This document shows, one piece after another, positions 1 through 7,576 of a DNA stretch of 50,525 nucleotides. Positions within the stretch are counted from its first letter, which is position 1, and each line of letters begins with the position of its first letter. This stretch comes from a virus (taxonomy: Duplodnaviria > Caudoviricetes), in IMG/VR virus record IMGVR_UViG_3300048588_000030, positions 1-50,525 of that record; one strand, written 5' to 3'. The position numbers were made by a program, and so were the translations under genes. The notes under the pieces were generated by a model. It did not search any database, was not told the origin of the DNA, and worked only from the letters and a program-made list of their open reading frames with translations.

Positions 1-115
1 CGTAGGCCGTAGTGTGCACGTTCTCACACTCACACTCTATACCATACCACCGCTCAGCATCATCAGGACTCCCGACACGTATGTCGTACCCGAACTTGTC
101 TCTAATAGTACGCAT
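1..115 (-). CDS. N-terminal part of the putative amidoligase (continues across the window junction into 49637..50525)
   Basis: Manual translation from ATG at 115 gives MRTIRDKFGYDIRVGSPDDAERWYGIECECENVHTTAY. YGIECE fits the N-terminal GxExE motif of glutamine synthetase-fold amidoligases. GAGG RBS upstream; the frame is open off the left edge. Confidence 0.8.
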   Translation of the reverse strand, partial: MRTIRDKFGYDIRVGSPDDAERWYGIECECENVHTTAY

Positions 116-779
116 TAATTTGCAACCTCTTATTGACTGCACTAATTATTGCACCGTCTACCCCACTCTTAGGGGAAAACGCTCCGCAAAAGTCACTATA
201 CCCTACACTGGCCCCTGAATGAAACACCTCCAACTTCTCGTTGGGGGCGACTTCGCTGATGATAGTAGTGCGTGAAAGAGCAACAGATACTGCCTCATTT
301 CGGCTTAGCATTGCAACCGCCTCCTGAAATGTGGGGTATTGCGGTGTCCACAGAGCTTTGACTAAAGGCCAGCAGACACTACGCAGCCACGTACCCGATG
401 CGTAGAACGGAGTATTGCCCGGAAGTCTTGGGATACGTGCAAACGCGCTCGCCGCCCACTCATTCGGAACAGTCACACTGATAGCGTCCAAGTTAAGTGA
501 GCGCCTATATGACTTGGCCACTCTGCGACTGACGTACACCCCAAACCCCAAAGGCAAGTTCACTGCCCCAAGACGAGGCCAATGCCCTCTAACGTCCTTA
601 GCTAGGCTGGCTACCATCTGCCGCGCTTCCGTAGGTGGGGACTCATCGCAGTGGCAAACGACTGTTCCATCTATCGCCGTCACGTACCTTGGTCCAACGT
701 ACCCCTCAACACTTACCCACGTACGGTCGTACCATTGCCGGATATCAGCAGGAGCTAAATTACTCGGTGTCTGTAACAC
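102..779 (-). CDS. Conserved hypothetical phage protein within the amidoligase cluster
   Basis: 225 aa, GTG start with GGAGGT RBS, tightly packed with its neighbours. Confidence 0.75.
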   Translation of the reverse strand: MLQTPSNLAPADIRQWYDRTWVSVEGYVGPRYVTAIDGTVVCHCDESPPTEARQMVASLAKDVRGHWPRLGAVNLPLGFGVYVSRRVAKSYRRSLNLDAISVTVPNEWAASAFARIPRLPGNTPFYASGTWLRSVCWPLVKALWTPQYPTFQEAVAMLSRNEAVSVALSRTTIISEVAPNEKLEVFHSGASVGYSDFCGAFSPKSGVDGAIISAVNKRLQINAYY

Positions 780-785
780 AGCTGG

Positions 786-1106
786 TTACCTCCATGTGCT
801 TTCTACTTGAGTTTTAGTGTCTGGAATTATCGTGATGTGCGTAGTGTCCTCGTACCACGCACGACCAATCGAGGCAGTAGCGGTAGTGACGTGAGAGCTT
901 GGTGGCTCGTATGTTGTAACATTGTTTTGCGGATTAACAGCAACAATAGTGTGCTTAACTAAACGCAGTCCAGCATCTCTCAGCCGCCCAAGCATGTCCG
1001 TGTATGCAGCGTAATAACTTGCCATGTGCACTCCGTAACTAAACTTCCTGACAATTCCGTCATCCGCAGCGCCGTCTGCGTACACCCAGTAATGATTCCC
1101 AGACAT
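786..1106 (-). CDS. Hypothetical protein
   Basis: 106 aa; the start overlaps the GGCT stop codon. Confidence 0.65.
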   Translation of the reverse strand: MSGNHYWVYADGAADDGIVRKFSYGVHMASYYAAYTDMLGRLRDAGLRLVKHTIVAVNPQNNVTTYEPPSSHVTTATASIGRAWYEDTTHITIIPDTKTQVESTWR

Positions 1107-1642
1107 TACCCAGCACTCGCACTAGATGATGCCCTACGTTGCGCCGGAGTCTCCGGAGTCGGACGCGCACTGAGGATGAACGCGTGCTCATCCGCAGTAG
1201 GTCGCCAGCACTGGATCTGGGAAGACTCAAGGCAACTCTTATCCTCTGGGAGTCCGGGAAGAAAGTAGCACCACGCTCGTACCTCCTCATGGGCAGCGCT
1301 GTTGTCTTTGTGCAGTTGCGCAATCTCTTTAGTGCGAGTGTAGTAGAACCCGTTACTCTCCAATATATCCAGAGCTTGCAGTACATCAGGAGTTACTCTG
1401 TACACCTCACCCAAGATGTACGCCAGTGGAAGTGACGCGTGCTTATAGAGTCCGGGGTATGCTCGCATGTCTCGCATTGCGTAGTGCCCACGTAGCCATG
1501 CTCTGCCCAAGAACTCGGATGCCTCTTTATTCTCAAGCAGCACATGATTATGGAACCCTGCCTTCAGAGATCCATAAACAAACACAGTACTACGTGCGCT
1601 GCTGATGCTATTAGTATTTGGTTTCTTATCAGTTGTAGTCAT
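1106..1642 (-). CDS. Gamma-glutamyl cyclotransferase (GGCT/AIG2-like)
   Basis: VFVYGSLKAGFHNH signature, GEVY and LDILE...Y motifs. Confidence 0.9.
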   Translation of the reverse strand: MTTTDKKPNTNSISSARSTVFVYGSLKAGFHNHVLLENKEASEFLGRAWLRGHYAMRDMRAYPGLYKHASLPLAYILGEVYRVTPDVLQALDILESNGFYYTRTKEIAQLHKDNSAAHEEVRAWCYFLPGLPEDKSCLESSQIQCWRPTADEHAFILSARPTPETPAQRRASSSASAG

Positions 1643-2541
1643 GCTGCTTCCCTCATGTTATCAAGTAACGTAGAACTGTGCTGCATCAAATCAAATGCAG
1701 CTTGCGCATCTTCTGTGTTTATTGCATCACGTACTGCCCCCCACGGGATAGCGTCAAACAAGTTCATCACAGAGGCTATTGGCAGACCTATCAAAGTATC
1801 TAGCATGTTAAACGCAGATGTAGCCACCCGCGCAGTCCTAGTCTGACGGCTGGTCCAGAAGTTACTTAGTGTGCGATACTCGATTCCGTACTTTGTTGGG
1901 CGAAACCTACCAGCTTGCCCATAAAAGCTTCTGCGCACCCCCTGCCTATCCGCCTCTACGCACTTCAGTCCAATAAACACGTCGCAGAATGCGGCGAGGA
2001 CATACTTTGGAATCTCCAAAGCGTACACCCCCTTGTACGAGGCCCCTATGTGTAAGTGCCCACCAGCAAAGCGATACTCAAGTTCACCATTAGTGTCAGG
2101 AACAACAAGTTGCTCCACCTGTACTCTGGGTACTTGCGCGCCCTCCGCATACGCATCGAACTCTGGGGAGCACCCGAGCATGTAGGCTTGCGGATACGCG
2201 CTAAGTTCATCCCTAGACATCGTGACGTATCCAGCAGTAAGCAAGCCGTACTCTGGATTCTGCGCTCTAACACGCGTAACCAAGGCGAGCATAGCATTAG
2301 CAATACTGAGAGTGAATGACTCGAAGTTTGTCGTTGGCGGTATGTTGAACTCCGCAGTGATGCCATCCTCTTGTACAAAGAGCTTGTCATCTGGATTGCC
2401 TAGACTTGCTGGCAAGCCCTTCGATCCGCCCAACCATCCGCATACAGGTACAATATTGCCAGTACTCAGGTCACGGACGAACACTTCAGGATCTGCCCCC
2501 AAAGTGCATCGCAGCTTTGGACGATCTTTGGTGATAGTCAT
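1639..2541 (-). CDS. phiEco32-like COOH.NH2 ligase type 2
   Basis: Motifs LGADPEVF, QEDG..AEFNIPP, GCSPEF, RFAGGHLHIG, RRxFYGxAGxFRPxxYGIEYRTLSNFW. Confidence 0.9.
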   Translation of the reverse strand: MTITKDRPKLRCTLGADPEVFVRDLSTGNIVPVCGWLGGSKGLPASLGNPDDKLFVQEDGITAEFNIPPTTNFESFTLSIANAMLALVTRVRAQNPEYGLLTAGYVTMSRDELSAYPQAYMLGCSPEFDAYAEGAQVPRVQVEQLVVPDTNGELEYRFAGGHLHIGASYKGVYALEIPKYVLAAFCDVFIGLKCVEADRQGVRRSFYGQAGRFRPTKYGIEYRTLSNFWTSRQTRTARVATSAFNMLDTLIGLPIASVMNLFDAIPWGAVRDAINTEDAQAAFDLMQHSSTLLDNMREAA

Positions 2542-2550
2542 ACGTATTAC
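2537..2550. promoter_or_regulatory. Palindromic operator-like site GTCATACGTATTAC (copy 1, one mismatch)
   Basis: Matches four other copies; overlaps the start codon of the COOH.NH2 ligase gene. Confidence 0.6.
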
Positions 2551-2581
2551 TCCTATTTATGTGTGTGTATTGAACTATCAG

Positions 2582-3580
2582 TTACGGAAGAGGGTAACCG
2601 GGATGTATATAGTGCGGAAAGTATAGTTTCAGCTCCTGTGCAATGGTGTATGGAGAACCATCTCCCATAAGGATATCGGATCGAGTGCCACGCAGCCGCT
2701 CAGCCTCCGCGACTATACTACGGTCTAGTAATGCGAGGGAAGGGCGCTCAGAGTCAATTGTCAGCGTTACTACATAGTTTGTGCACATATTTCCGGAATT
2801 GTAGTTACGAAGTGGACGAGAGGCCCGCACACTCACTTTAGCGGTGTTCGGTAAGTAGGCGCTAAATGGCGCCGGCGTATCCTTACGCTCTATTTCTGAA
2901 ATAGACCGCACTCTCATCATTGGGAATAAGCCTAATGGAAAGCTCACAATACATGCCTTCGCTCTAGTTGCTGAAAGCTCCTTCATGACAGCTTGCAAAC
3001 AACCACCAGCTTTATCCGCAGCAAATAGTACACGGCGTCTGGCTTGGCACATACTTGCTACGATCTGCGCGGCTAATACCTTGATAGCGTACTTAGTAGC
3101 GTCTTCCCGCGATACATACTCCTGCCCGAGTAGTGCATTGAGCGATGGAAACGGGCATCTATTGTCATCTATTGTTTGTATCAAACGCCTACGTTCATGT
3201 TGTGCTGATGAGCGGAACATACTCGGGTAATGTTCATTGGACTTTATCTTGTACAAAGAATTATACTTTATTATATATGGATCAGAGCTATTTCTGTGCT
3301 TGTTTAAGTCTATGATCTCCCCATGAATTATAGATACACCACGCAGGAGTGCACCACCGCAAAACTCAGGTATACTATCAAGTATACACGACAACTCAAC
3401 TACACTACATATACCGTCTTCTAAAAAGTACACAAAGCTCATCCAGAGGTTTTCATCCCCGATTCGTACTCCCGATAGAGTGCTCGGTGGTGGCTGGCCG
3501 GCCGGGAGTATCGAACTTCTGGATAGGAGCATCATTGGAAACACCACTGAATCTGGTGAAGTAGCTAACTTTTCAGCCAT
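2582..3580 (-). CDS. Hypothetical protein (~332 aa)
   Basis: Long ORF. Start moved to ATG 3580 (MAEKL...) because a GGAG RBS precedes it. No recognised motif. Confidence 0.7.
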   Translation of the reverse strand: MAEKLATSPDSVVFPMMLLSRSSILPAGQPPPSTLSGVRIGDENLWMSFVYFLEDGICSVVELSCILDSIPEFCGGALLRGVSIIHGEIIDLNKHRNSSDPYIIKYNSLYKIKSNEHYPSMFRSSAQHERRRLIQTIDDNRCPFPSLNALLGQEYVSREDATKYAIKVLAAQIVASMCQARRRVLFAADKAGGCLQAVMKELSATRAKACIVSFPLGLFPMMRVRSISEIERKDTPAPFSAYLPNTAKVSVRASRPLRNYNSGNMCTNYVVTLTIDSERPSLALLDRSIVAEAERLRGTRSDILMGDGSPYTIAQELKLYFPHYIHPGYPLP

Positions 3581-3649
3581 ATCGCAACACTCCATGCAAG
3601 TATTAACACAAGAATTATGGCAGTTACGCCCCAATTAAGCAAATATCGG

Positions 3650-3850
3650 CTATTCATAGTCTCTGTACACCTCGTTTACGCCCTCATCATCCTTGTTAAA
3701 GTACGCGTTATTGACTTGTACCCAGTAATTACGGCACTCAGTAAGTTCTTTTCTGTGATTGCTTTGTTCCTTTTCCTTGCGAATTCGGTTGTATTTGGTA
3801 ACTTGGCGTGGTTTACTGCGTCCCCGCCTGTGCTCTCGAAGTGAACCCAC
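3650..3850 (-). CDS. Small basic hypothetical protein
   Basis: 66 aa, GTG start, GGAGG RBS. Confidence 0.55.
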   Translation of the reverse strand: MGSLREHRRGRSKPRQVTKYNRIRKEKEQSNHRKELTECRNYWVQVNNAYFNKDDEGVNEVYRDYE

Positions 3851-3874
3851 CTCCGTGTCCTCCCCTAACCCGTA

Positions 3875-4072
3875 TTAGGTCACCGAACGCAAGAACGCTG
3901 GCAGCCTACGTATACAGTATTTAGTCTCACTCGGCCAAACAAAGGCCAGAGTGTACCCACTTTTACCTAGTATTTCCCGCAATTCCTCAAGCGGGAGCGT
4001 GCTTGCCGCACCCACTATCGTGTACCCGTAGTCTGATAGCTTATTCTGAGTCTGTTCAACAGCCGCAAGCAT
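3875..4072 (-). CDS. Small hypothetical protein
   Basis: 65 aa, AGGAG RBS. Confidence 0.65.
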   Translation of the reverse strand: MLAAVEQTQNKLSDYGYTIVGAASTLPLEELREILGKSGYTLAFVWPSETKYCIRRLPAFLRSVT

Positions 4073-4162
4073 GGCACTATCTCCTATTTTTCCGCATAAA
4101 ATTAGACGACATCGCGGCGAAAGCAGCGCGAAGCGGTAGTGCGCGCCGCTTTACTCCACATT

Positions 4163-4176
4163 GTCATACGTATGAC
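4163..4176. promoter_or_regulatory. Palindromic operator-like site GTCATACGTATGAC (copy 2, perfect)
   Basis: Perfect 14-bp palindrome at the 3' end of ORF 4164..4604, about 90 bp upstream of the next gene. Confidence 0.65.
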
Positions 4177-4604
4177 TCCAGCTCCCGCTCACACGCACTA
4201 TCCCCGTACTGCCACTCCAAATACGCTCGGATCTTGCGCAAGATCTTCTCGTGCTCCTCAATAGCTACCTGAAATCTCATGGCCGCAGTCTGAGAAGGTT
4301 GCATGTGATGCAGTGCATGGCACATCTGCCCAGCATTATTGGACACCAATTCCATGATAGTGCCCCATTCAGTTCTCGACATAAGCGGTGTACCTTCGGT
4401 CGCTTCGTCCCGGATAGCCTCGCTTTCAGGCCCGCTCTCCATCGGAGGCATTTCGTCCTCCCAAAATGCTAACGCTTGCTCCATGCCCTCCACCAGAGCA
4501 ATCTCCTCATCGGGCGAAAGTGCGTAGTCCTTTTCATCAAGCCATTCTTCCGGCTTGCCCTCGTACACATCCGCGCTCGTCTCACACGTATTAGGCGTTG
4601 TCAT
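4164..4604 (-). CDS. Acidic hypothetical early protein
   Basis: 146 aa, Glu-rich, ATGA overlap with the upstream ORF, GAGG RBS. Confidence 0.7.
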   Translation of the reverse strand: MTTPNTCETSADVYEGKPEEWLDEKDYALSPDEEIALVEGMEQALAFWEDEMPPMESGPESEAIRDEATEGTPLMSRTEWGTIMELVSNNAGQMCHALHHMQPSQTAAMRFQVAIEEHEKILRKIRAYLEWQYGDSACERELESYV

Positions 4605-4924
4605 GACACGTCCTCGCTTGTTGGTGAGTAAATAGTTACGTGATTGCCCTGATTCATACGTCGGTATTTACGCTTGATCTGAACCAGCAACCAAGCGAAC
4701 TCGGGCTTTCCGCCACAGTGAACCAATATCCACGCCTCACATATAGCGGGCAGCGTACCGATTCTGTAAATTTTTGATGCGTTCTCAGCCAAAGCAGCCG
4801 GATGGGCAGCCTTGTCGCTGATGTACTTCATCATTGATGGCTGGCGAGCCAGCATAAACATCCACAATTGCCTAGCTTGCGCCCGCGTGCCGTACACGCT
4901 GGCCGATGACTTCGGAGTGCCCAT
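4601..4924 (-). CDS. Hypothetical early protein
   Basis: ORF 4601..4930; probable ATG at 4924 overlapping the upstream stop. Confidence 0.6.
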   Translation of the reverse strand: MGTPKSSASVYGTRAQARQLWMFMLARQPSMMKYISDKAAHPAALAENASKIYRIGTLPAICEAWILVHCGGKPEFAWLLVQIKRKYRRMNQGNHVTIYSPTSEDVS

Positions 4925-5073
4925 TAGCAATCATCCCCATAAATAGGTGGTTTGCCCTCGCACCACACGTCAACGAATGGCGGTTCCTCGTAGTGTACTG
5001 GTTGCGGCGCACTATGGCACCCATTGAGGATGCACAACCACAGAACCAGCGCACCCCACGTGAACGCAGCCAT
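4924..5073 (-). CDS. Small putative lipoprotein or membrane protein
   Basis: MAAFTWGALVLWLCILNGC...: a hydrophobic stretch ending in a lipobox-like LNGC; GAGG RBS. An alternative upstream start lies at 5166. Confidence 0.5.
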   Translation of the reverse strand: MAAFTWGALVLWLCILNGCHSAPQPVHYEEPPFVDVWCEGKPPIYGDDC

Positions 5074-5296
5074 GATTAGCTCGCCTCGATTGAAGTTCAA
5101 GTTGAGAGATGAGGAAACCGGCGATTGCACCTGGACGGGCGGAAGCAGGGAAATATCTGATATCATATTCTTCTTCCAGCCCCGTGCAGTAAACGAGCGC
5201 CTGGGTCAGGCTTTCGTTGAAAATAACTGAATACACCGCCCAGTCTGTATGGACGGTGTAGACCTGGTTGGTTGTTCGGCGGATTGAGAGTTTCAT
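5012..5296 (-). CDS. Hypothetical early protein
   Basis: 94 aa, GGAGG RBS and ATGA overlap with the upstream ORF; the 3' end overlaps the next ORF. Confidence 0.45.
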   Translation of the reverse strand: MKLSIRRTTNQVYTVHTDWAVYSVIFNESLTQALVYCTGLEEEYDIRYFPASARPGAIAGFLISQLELQSRRANHGCVHVGCAGSVVVHPQWVP

Positions 5297-5625
5297 CCGT
5301 TCAGTTCCTCCGGGAACAGAATGTCGAAACAGGCGTTGGAACAGACCCCGGAGATCAACTGCTCTAGATCTTCACCAGTCGCCTCGGGCCAGACGTTTTG
5401 AATCAGTTCGCCTTGCAGCCAGCGTTTTTGTTTCAGAGGGAATTCTGGAAGGGCCGCCAGGCGGAAGGGTTTTTTCTCCTCGCAGACGGGGCAGAATTTC
5501 AGAATAACAGAATTGTCTTGCATTTCGATAGCTCCTGGTTTGTCATCATCAGGCAGGAAGTAACCAGCTTCCTGCGACGGCCAGGGTGGGAAGGGGAACT
5601 CTCTGGGCATCCCCTTGCAACACAA
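5293..5625 (-). CDS. Putative zinc-binding hypothetical phage protein
   Basis: CPVC ... GELIQNVWP ... LISGVCSNACF pattern; true start uncertain. Confidence 0.6.
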   Translation of the reverse strand: MCCKGMPREFPFPPWPSQEAGYFLPDDDKPGAIEMQDNSVILKFCPVCEEKKPFRLAALPEFPLKQKRWLQGELIQNVWPEATGEDLEQLISGVCSNACFDILFPEELNG

Positions 5626-5827
5626 CCCCTGGCCGTTTCGACCGAGGGTTAGGTGGAGCCAGTGATTCCCGTATGTACTTCAGCACTCGCACAAGTTCGG
5701 CGTGGTCTGCCTTGCGCAAGTCCCCGAGTTCATCAATCGCGTCAACGAAGTCATACAGGCGCATGATGTGGTCATCATGTATCAAGTAATCCGCTTCTAT
5801 CCTGTTATTCACGCCAGTCTCTCCCAT
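5549..5827 (-). CDS. Hypothetical early protein
   Basis: 92 aa ORF in the early operon; start uncertain. Confidence 0.5.
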   Translation of the reverse strand: MGETGVNNRIEADYLIHDDHIMRLYDFVDAIDELGDLRKADHAELVRVLKYIRESLAPPNPRSKRPGVVLQGDAQRVPLPTLAVAGSWLLPA

Positions 5828-5828
5828 T

Positions 5829-5842
5829 GTTATACGTATGAC
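5829..5842. promoter_or_regulatory. Palindromic operator-like site GTTATACGTATGAC (copy 3)
   Basis: Intergenic, directly upstream of ORF 5549..5827. Confidence 0.65.
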
Positions 5843-5851
5843 GATGCACCA

Positions 5852-6370
5852 TTAGCCCATGTCTACCATAATCACGTCAGTTAACCCTGACCTAAGCGCA
5901 GCACGTACCCACGTCATGCCGTGCTTAGGGTCAACGCAATAGCCGTAGGTCTTGCGGCCAGCACGTATAGCCCACCGTGCTTTGCTCTTGGCTAGTCCCT
6001 TGCCTTGCGTGAACTCCTCCCGCGTGGTAAGGAGCGATAGCACGTATACGTCCACGTCCGAGACAACAGCCGTCTTGCACTCAGGGTGCTTAGGCGTAGG
6101 CGCTAGCCGCATAGGATGCACGGCTAGCCCAAACGATAGCGGCCTCTGCACCTCTCCCCGTGCGTGCTTACGTACCGCGTTACTCTTGCGTGTCACTTTC
6201 CCCACGCTCAACGCTCTTCCCGTGCTGGTAGTGTGCGGCACCAGTCCCGGCCCATTGGGATTGCGTGCAAACATACGCGCCAATGACTGTAGTGCGCTAT
6301 TGCTTGCCCGCTCCCGCGCCACGCTATTCCGTGCGGCTGTCTCTCTAGCTATGCGCTTTACACTAGGCAT
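5852..6370 (-). CDS. Basic hypothetical early protein
   Basis: 172 aa, Arg/Ala-rich, GGAG RBS. Confidence 0.7.
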   Translation of the reverse strand: MPSVKRIARETAARNSVARERASNSALQSLARMFARNPNGPGLVPHTTSTGRALSVGKVTRKSNAVRKHARGEVQRPLSFGLAVHPMRLAPTPKHPECKTAVVSDVDVYVLSLLTTREEFTQGKGLAKSKARWAIRAGRKTYGYCVDPKHGMTWVRAALRSGLTDVIMVDMG

Positions 6371-6383
6371 TGCTCAATCTCCA

Positions 6384-6403
6384 ATTGTTATACGTATAAC
6401 AAT
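6384..6403. promoter_or_regulatory. Palindromic operator-like site ATTGTTATACGTATAACAAT (copy 4, perfect 20 bp)
   Basis: Intergenic, immediately upstream of the RBS of ORF 5852..6370. Confidence 0.7.
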
Positions 6404-6536
6404 CTACCAATCCCAAAAACAATTCCCCACGTGCATAGTATACGCCTATTCCATAAGATTTGGCGTGAGGCATTAAATATTTTTTTGCTGCATTGTCTGT
6501 GCATTGCTGGCAAAGCAGTCCGATGGAGCGGCAAAC

Positions 6537-6570
6537 AAAAAAGCCCGGTAGAGCTTTCGCCCTACCGGGT
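6537..6570 (-). terminator. Rho-independent terminator after the first early gene
   Basis: Minus strand reads CCCGGTAGGGC-GAAA-GCTCTACCGGG followed by CTTTTTT. Confidence 0.85.
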
Positions 6571-6585
6571 TAGTGTCGCCACGTT

Positions 6586-7236
6586 TTATGCTGCCATCTG
6601 TACCAGTTCGGCAACTGGATCAGCACTTGACGCTGCGGCAGTCGTGTCGTGATCACTTGCTGCCATGAGTGCCTTGACTGCTACCGTGATCGCGTCAAAT
6701 CGGCGTGCAGGTACGCTGCCATCCTTGATGCTCGCCGCAATGCTGGCAAGGTCGGCAAGGATCGCGGCACGTGCCTTATCCGCGTCCGTCATGGCGGCAG
6801 CTTTTGCCTTATCTTTTGCCTCTTTCACTGCCTTGTAGATGGCGCCGTAAGACGAATCAGCCGGCAGTTTAACCTTGAGTTCTATCGCGTCCGTCAAGGT
6901 AGACTTGGCCGTACGGTAGGAACCCGGCAGAACTGGCGAAGCCGCGCCAGTCTTGTCAGGTTTCCCGAGGATCACCGGGCAATCCTTCAGCAGGCCGGCC
7001 CGGTAATCGGACTCAACTTGCTCAAGCGCGCCGATCAATGCTGCCGGTGCCGGGTGCATGTTAAACAGCCGTGCTACCAGCACATAGGTACCCTCTTTCT
7101 TCTGCTTAGCGCTATCGGTCGCGCCTTTCGTTTCGTACCCTGCCCGGAACGTGGCAAGCGCCAGTTCGGCCAAAGTCTGCTGGCGTCCGGGTTCGCTTGT
7201 CTGAGCGGGTACTTTCGTTTGTCTGTTCTTGCTCAT
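6586..7236 (-). CDS. First early gene, Ala/Lys-rich hypothetical protein
   Basis: 216 aa, GAGG RBS, followed by its own terminator. Confidence 0.85.
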   Translation of the reverse strand: MSKNRQTKVPAQTSEPGRQQTLAELALATFRAGYETKGATDSAKQKKEGTYVLVARLFNMHPAPAALIGALEQVESDYRAGLLKDCPVILGKPDKTGAASPVLPGSYRTAKSTLTDAIELKVKLPADSSYGAIYKAVKEAKDKAKAAAMTDADKARAAILADLASIAASIKDGSVPARRFDAITVAVKALMAASDHDTTAAASSADPVAELVQMAA

Positions 7237-7352
7237 GGTCGTTGCCTCTTGTAATGGCGCGCGGTGCGTGCCTTCAGATGTATTAGAACACGATTCCTAG
7301 TCAGATTGGAAGTACCTAGTAAATCTTTTTCGTGCCTTTCTCGGTGCGCGTT

Positions 7353-7366
7353 GTCATACGTATAAC
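7353..7366. promoter_or_regulatory. Palindromic operator-like site GTCATACGTATAAC (copy 5)
   Basis: Lies just downstream of the proximal sigma-54 promoter. Confidence 0.65.
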
Positions 7367-7392
7367 TTTAGACTTGGCATGCTTCGTGACTG

Positions 7393-7409
7393 TGCAAGTA
7401 CCGTGCCAG
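7393..7409 (-). promoter_or_regulatory. Sigma-54 (-24/-12) promoter 1
   Basis: CTGGCACGGTACTTGCA matches the consensus YTGGCACGRNNNTTGCW exactly. Confidence 0.8.
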
Positions 7410-7440
7410 CGTAGATTCAGCCTAGACTGTCCCCGTCGCG

Positions 7441-7457
7441 TGCAAGGATCGTGCCAA
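7441..7457 (-). promoter_or_regulatory. Sigma-54 (-24/-12) promoter 2
   Basis: TTGGCACGATCCTTGCA, exact consensus match. Confidence 0.8.
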
Positions 7458-7479
7458 CGTGCCAGCGTGTGCCGTTGCG

Positions 7480-7496
7480 TGCAAGATCCGTGCCAA
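7480..7496 (-). promoter_or_regulatory. Sigma-54 (-24/-12) promoter 3
   Basis: TTGGCACGGATCTTGCA, exact consensus match. Confidence 0.8.
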
Positions 7497-7548
7497 GTCG
7501 CCGGGTTATGGCCAGTACTGTATGGATGCACAGTGGTTGAGAGTGAAA

Positions 7549-7565
7549 TGCACCACTTTAGTGCG
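7549..7565. promoter_or_regulatory. NtrC-like enhancer box 1
   Basis: TGCACCACTTTAGTGCG against the NtrC dyad TGCACCA-N3-TGGTGCA; upstream of the sigma-54 sites. Confidence 0.65.
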
Positions 7566-7576
7566 AGACCCCGTTT

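Noticed and set aside
3044-3059. TTGGCACATACTTGCT, a sigma-54-like site on the plus strand
   Set aside because: The spacer is one base short, and the site is intragenic and antisense.
7280-7312. Possible sigma-70 promoter (TTCCAA-N18-TCTAAT, minus strand) for the first early gene
   Set aside because: Both hexamers are weak matches, so it is not called; it remains a caveat to strict sigma-54 dependence.
7390-7500. Possible mini-CRISPR (repeats about 40-48 bp apart)
   Set aside because: Repeats are only ~17 bp with a variable core and uneven spacing, no cas genes are present, and the sigma-54 consensus explains them.
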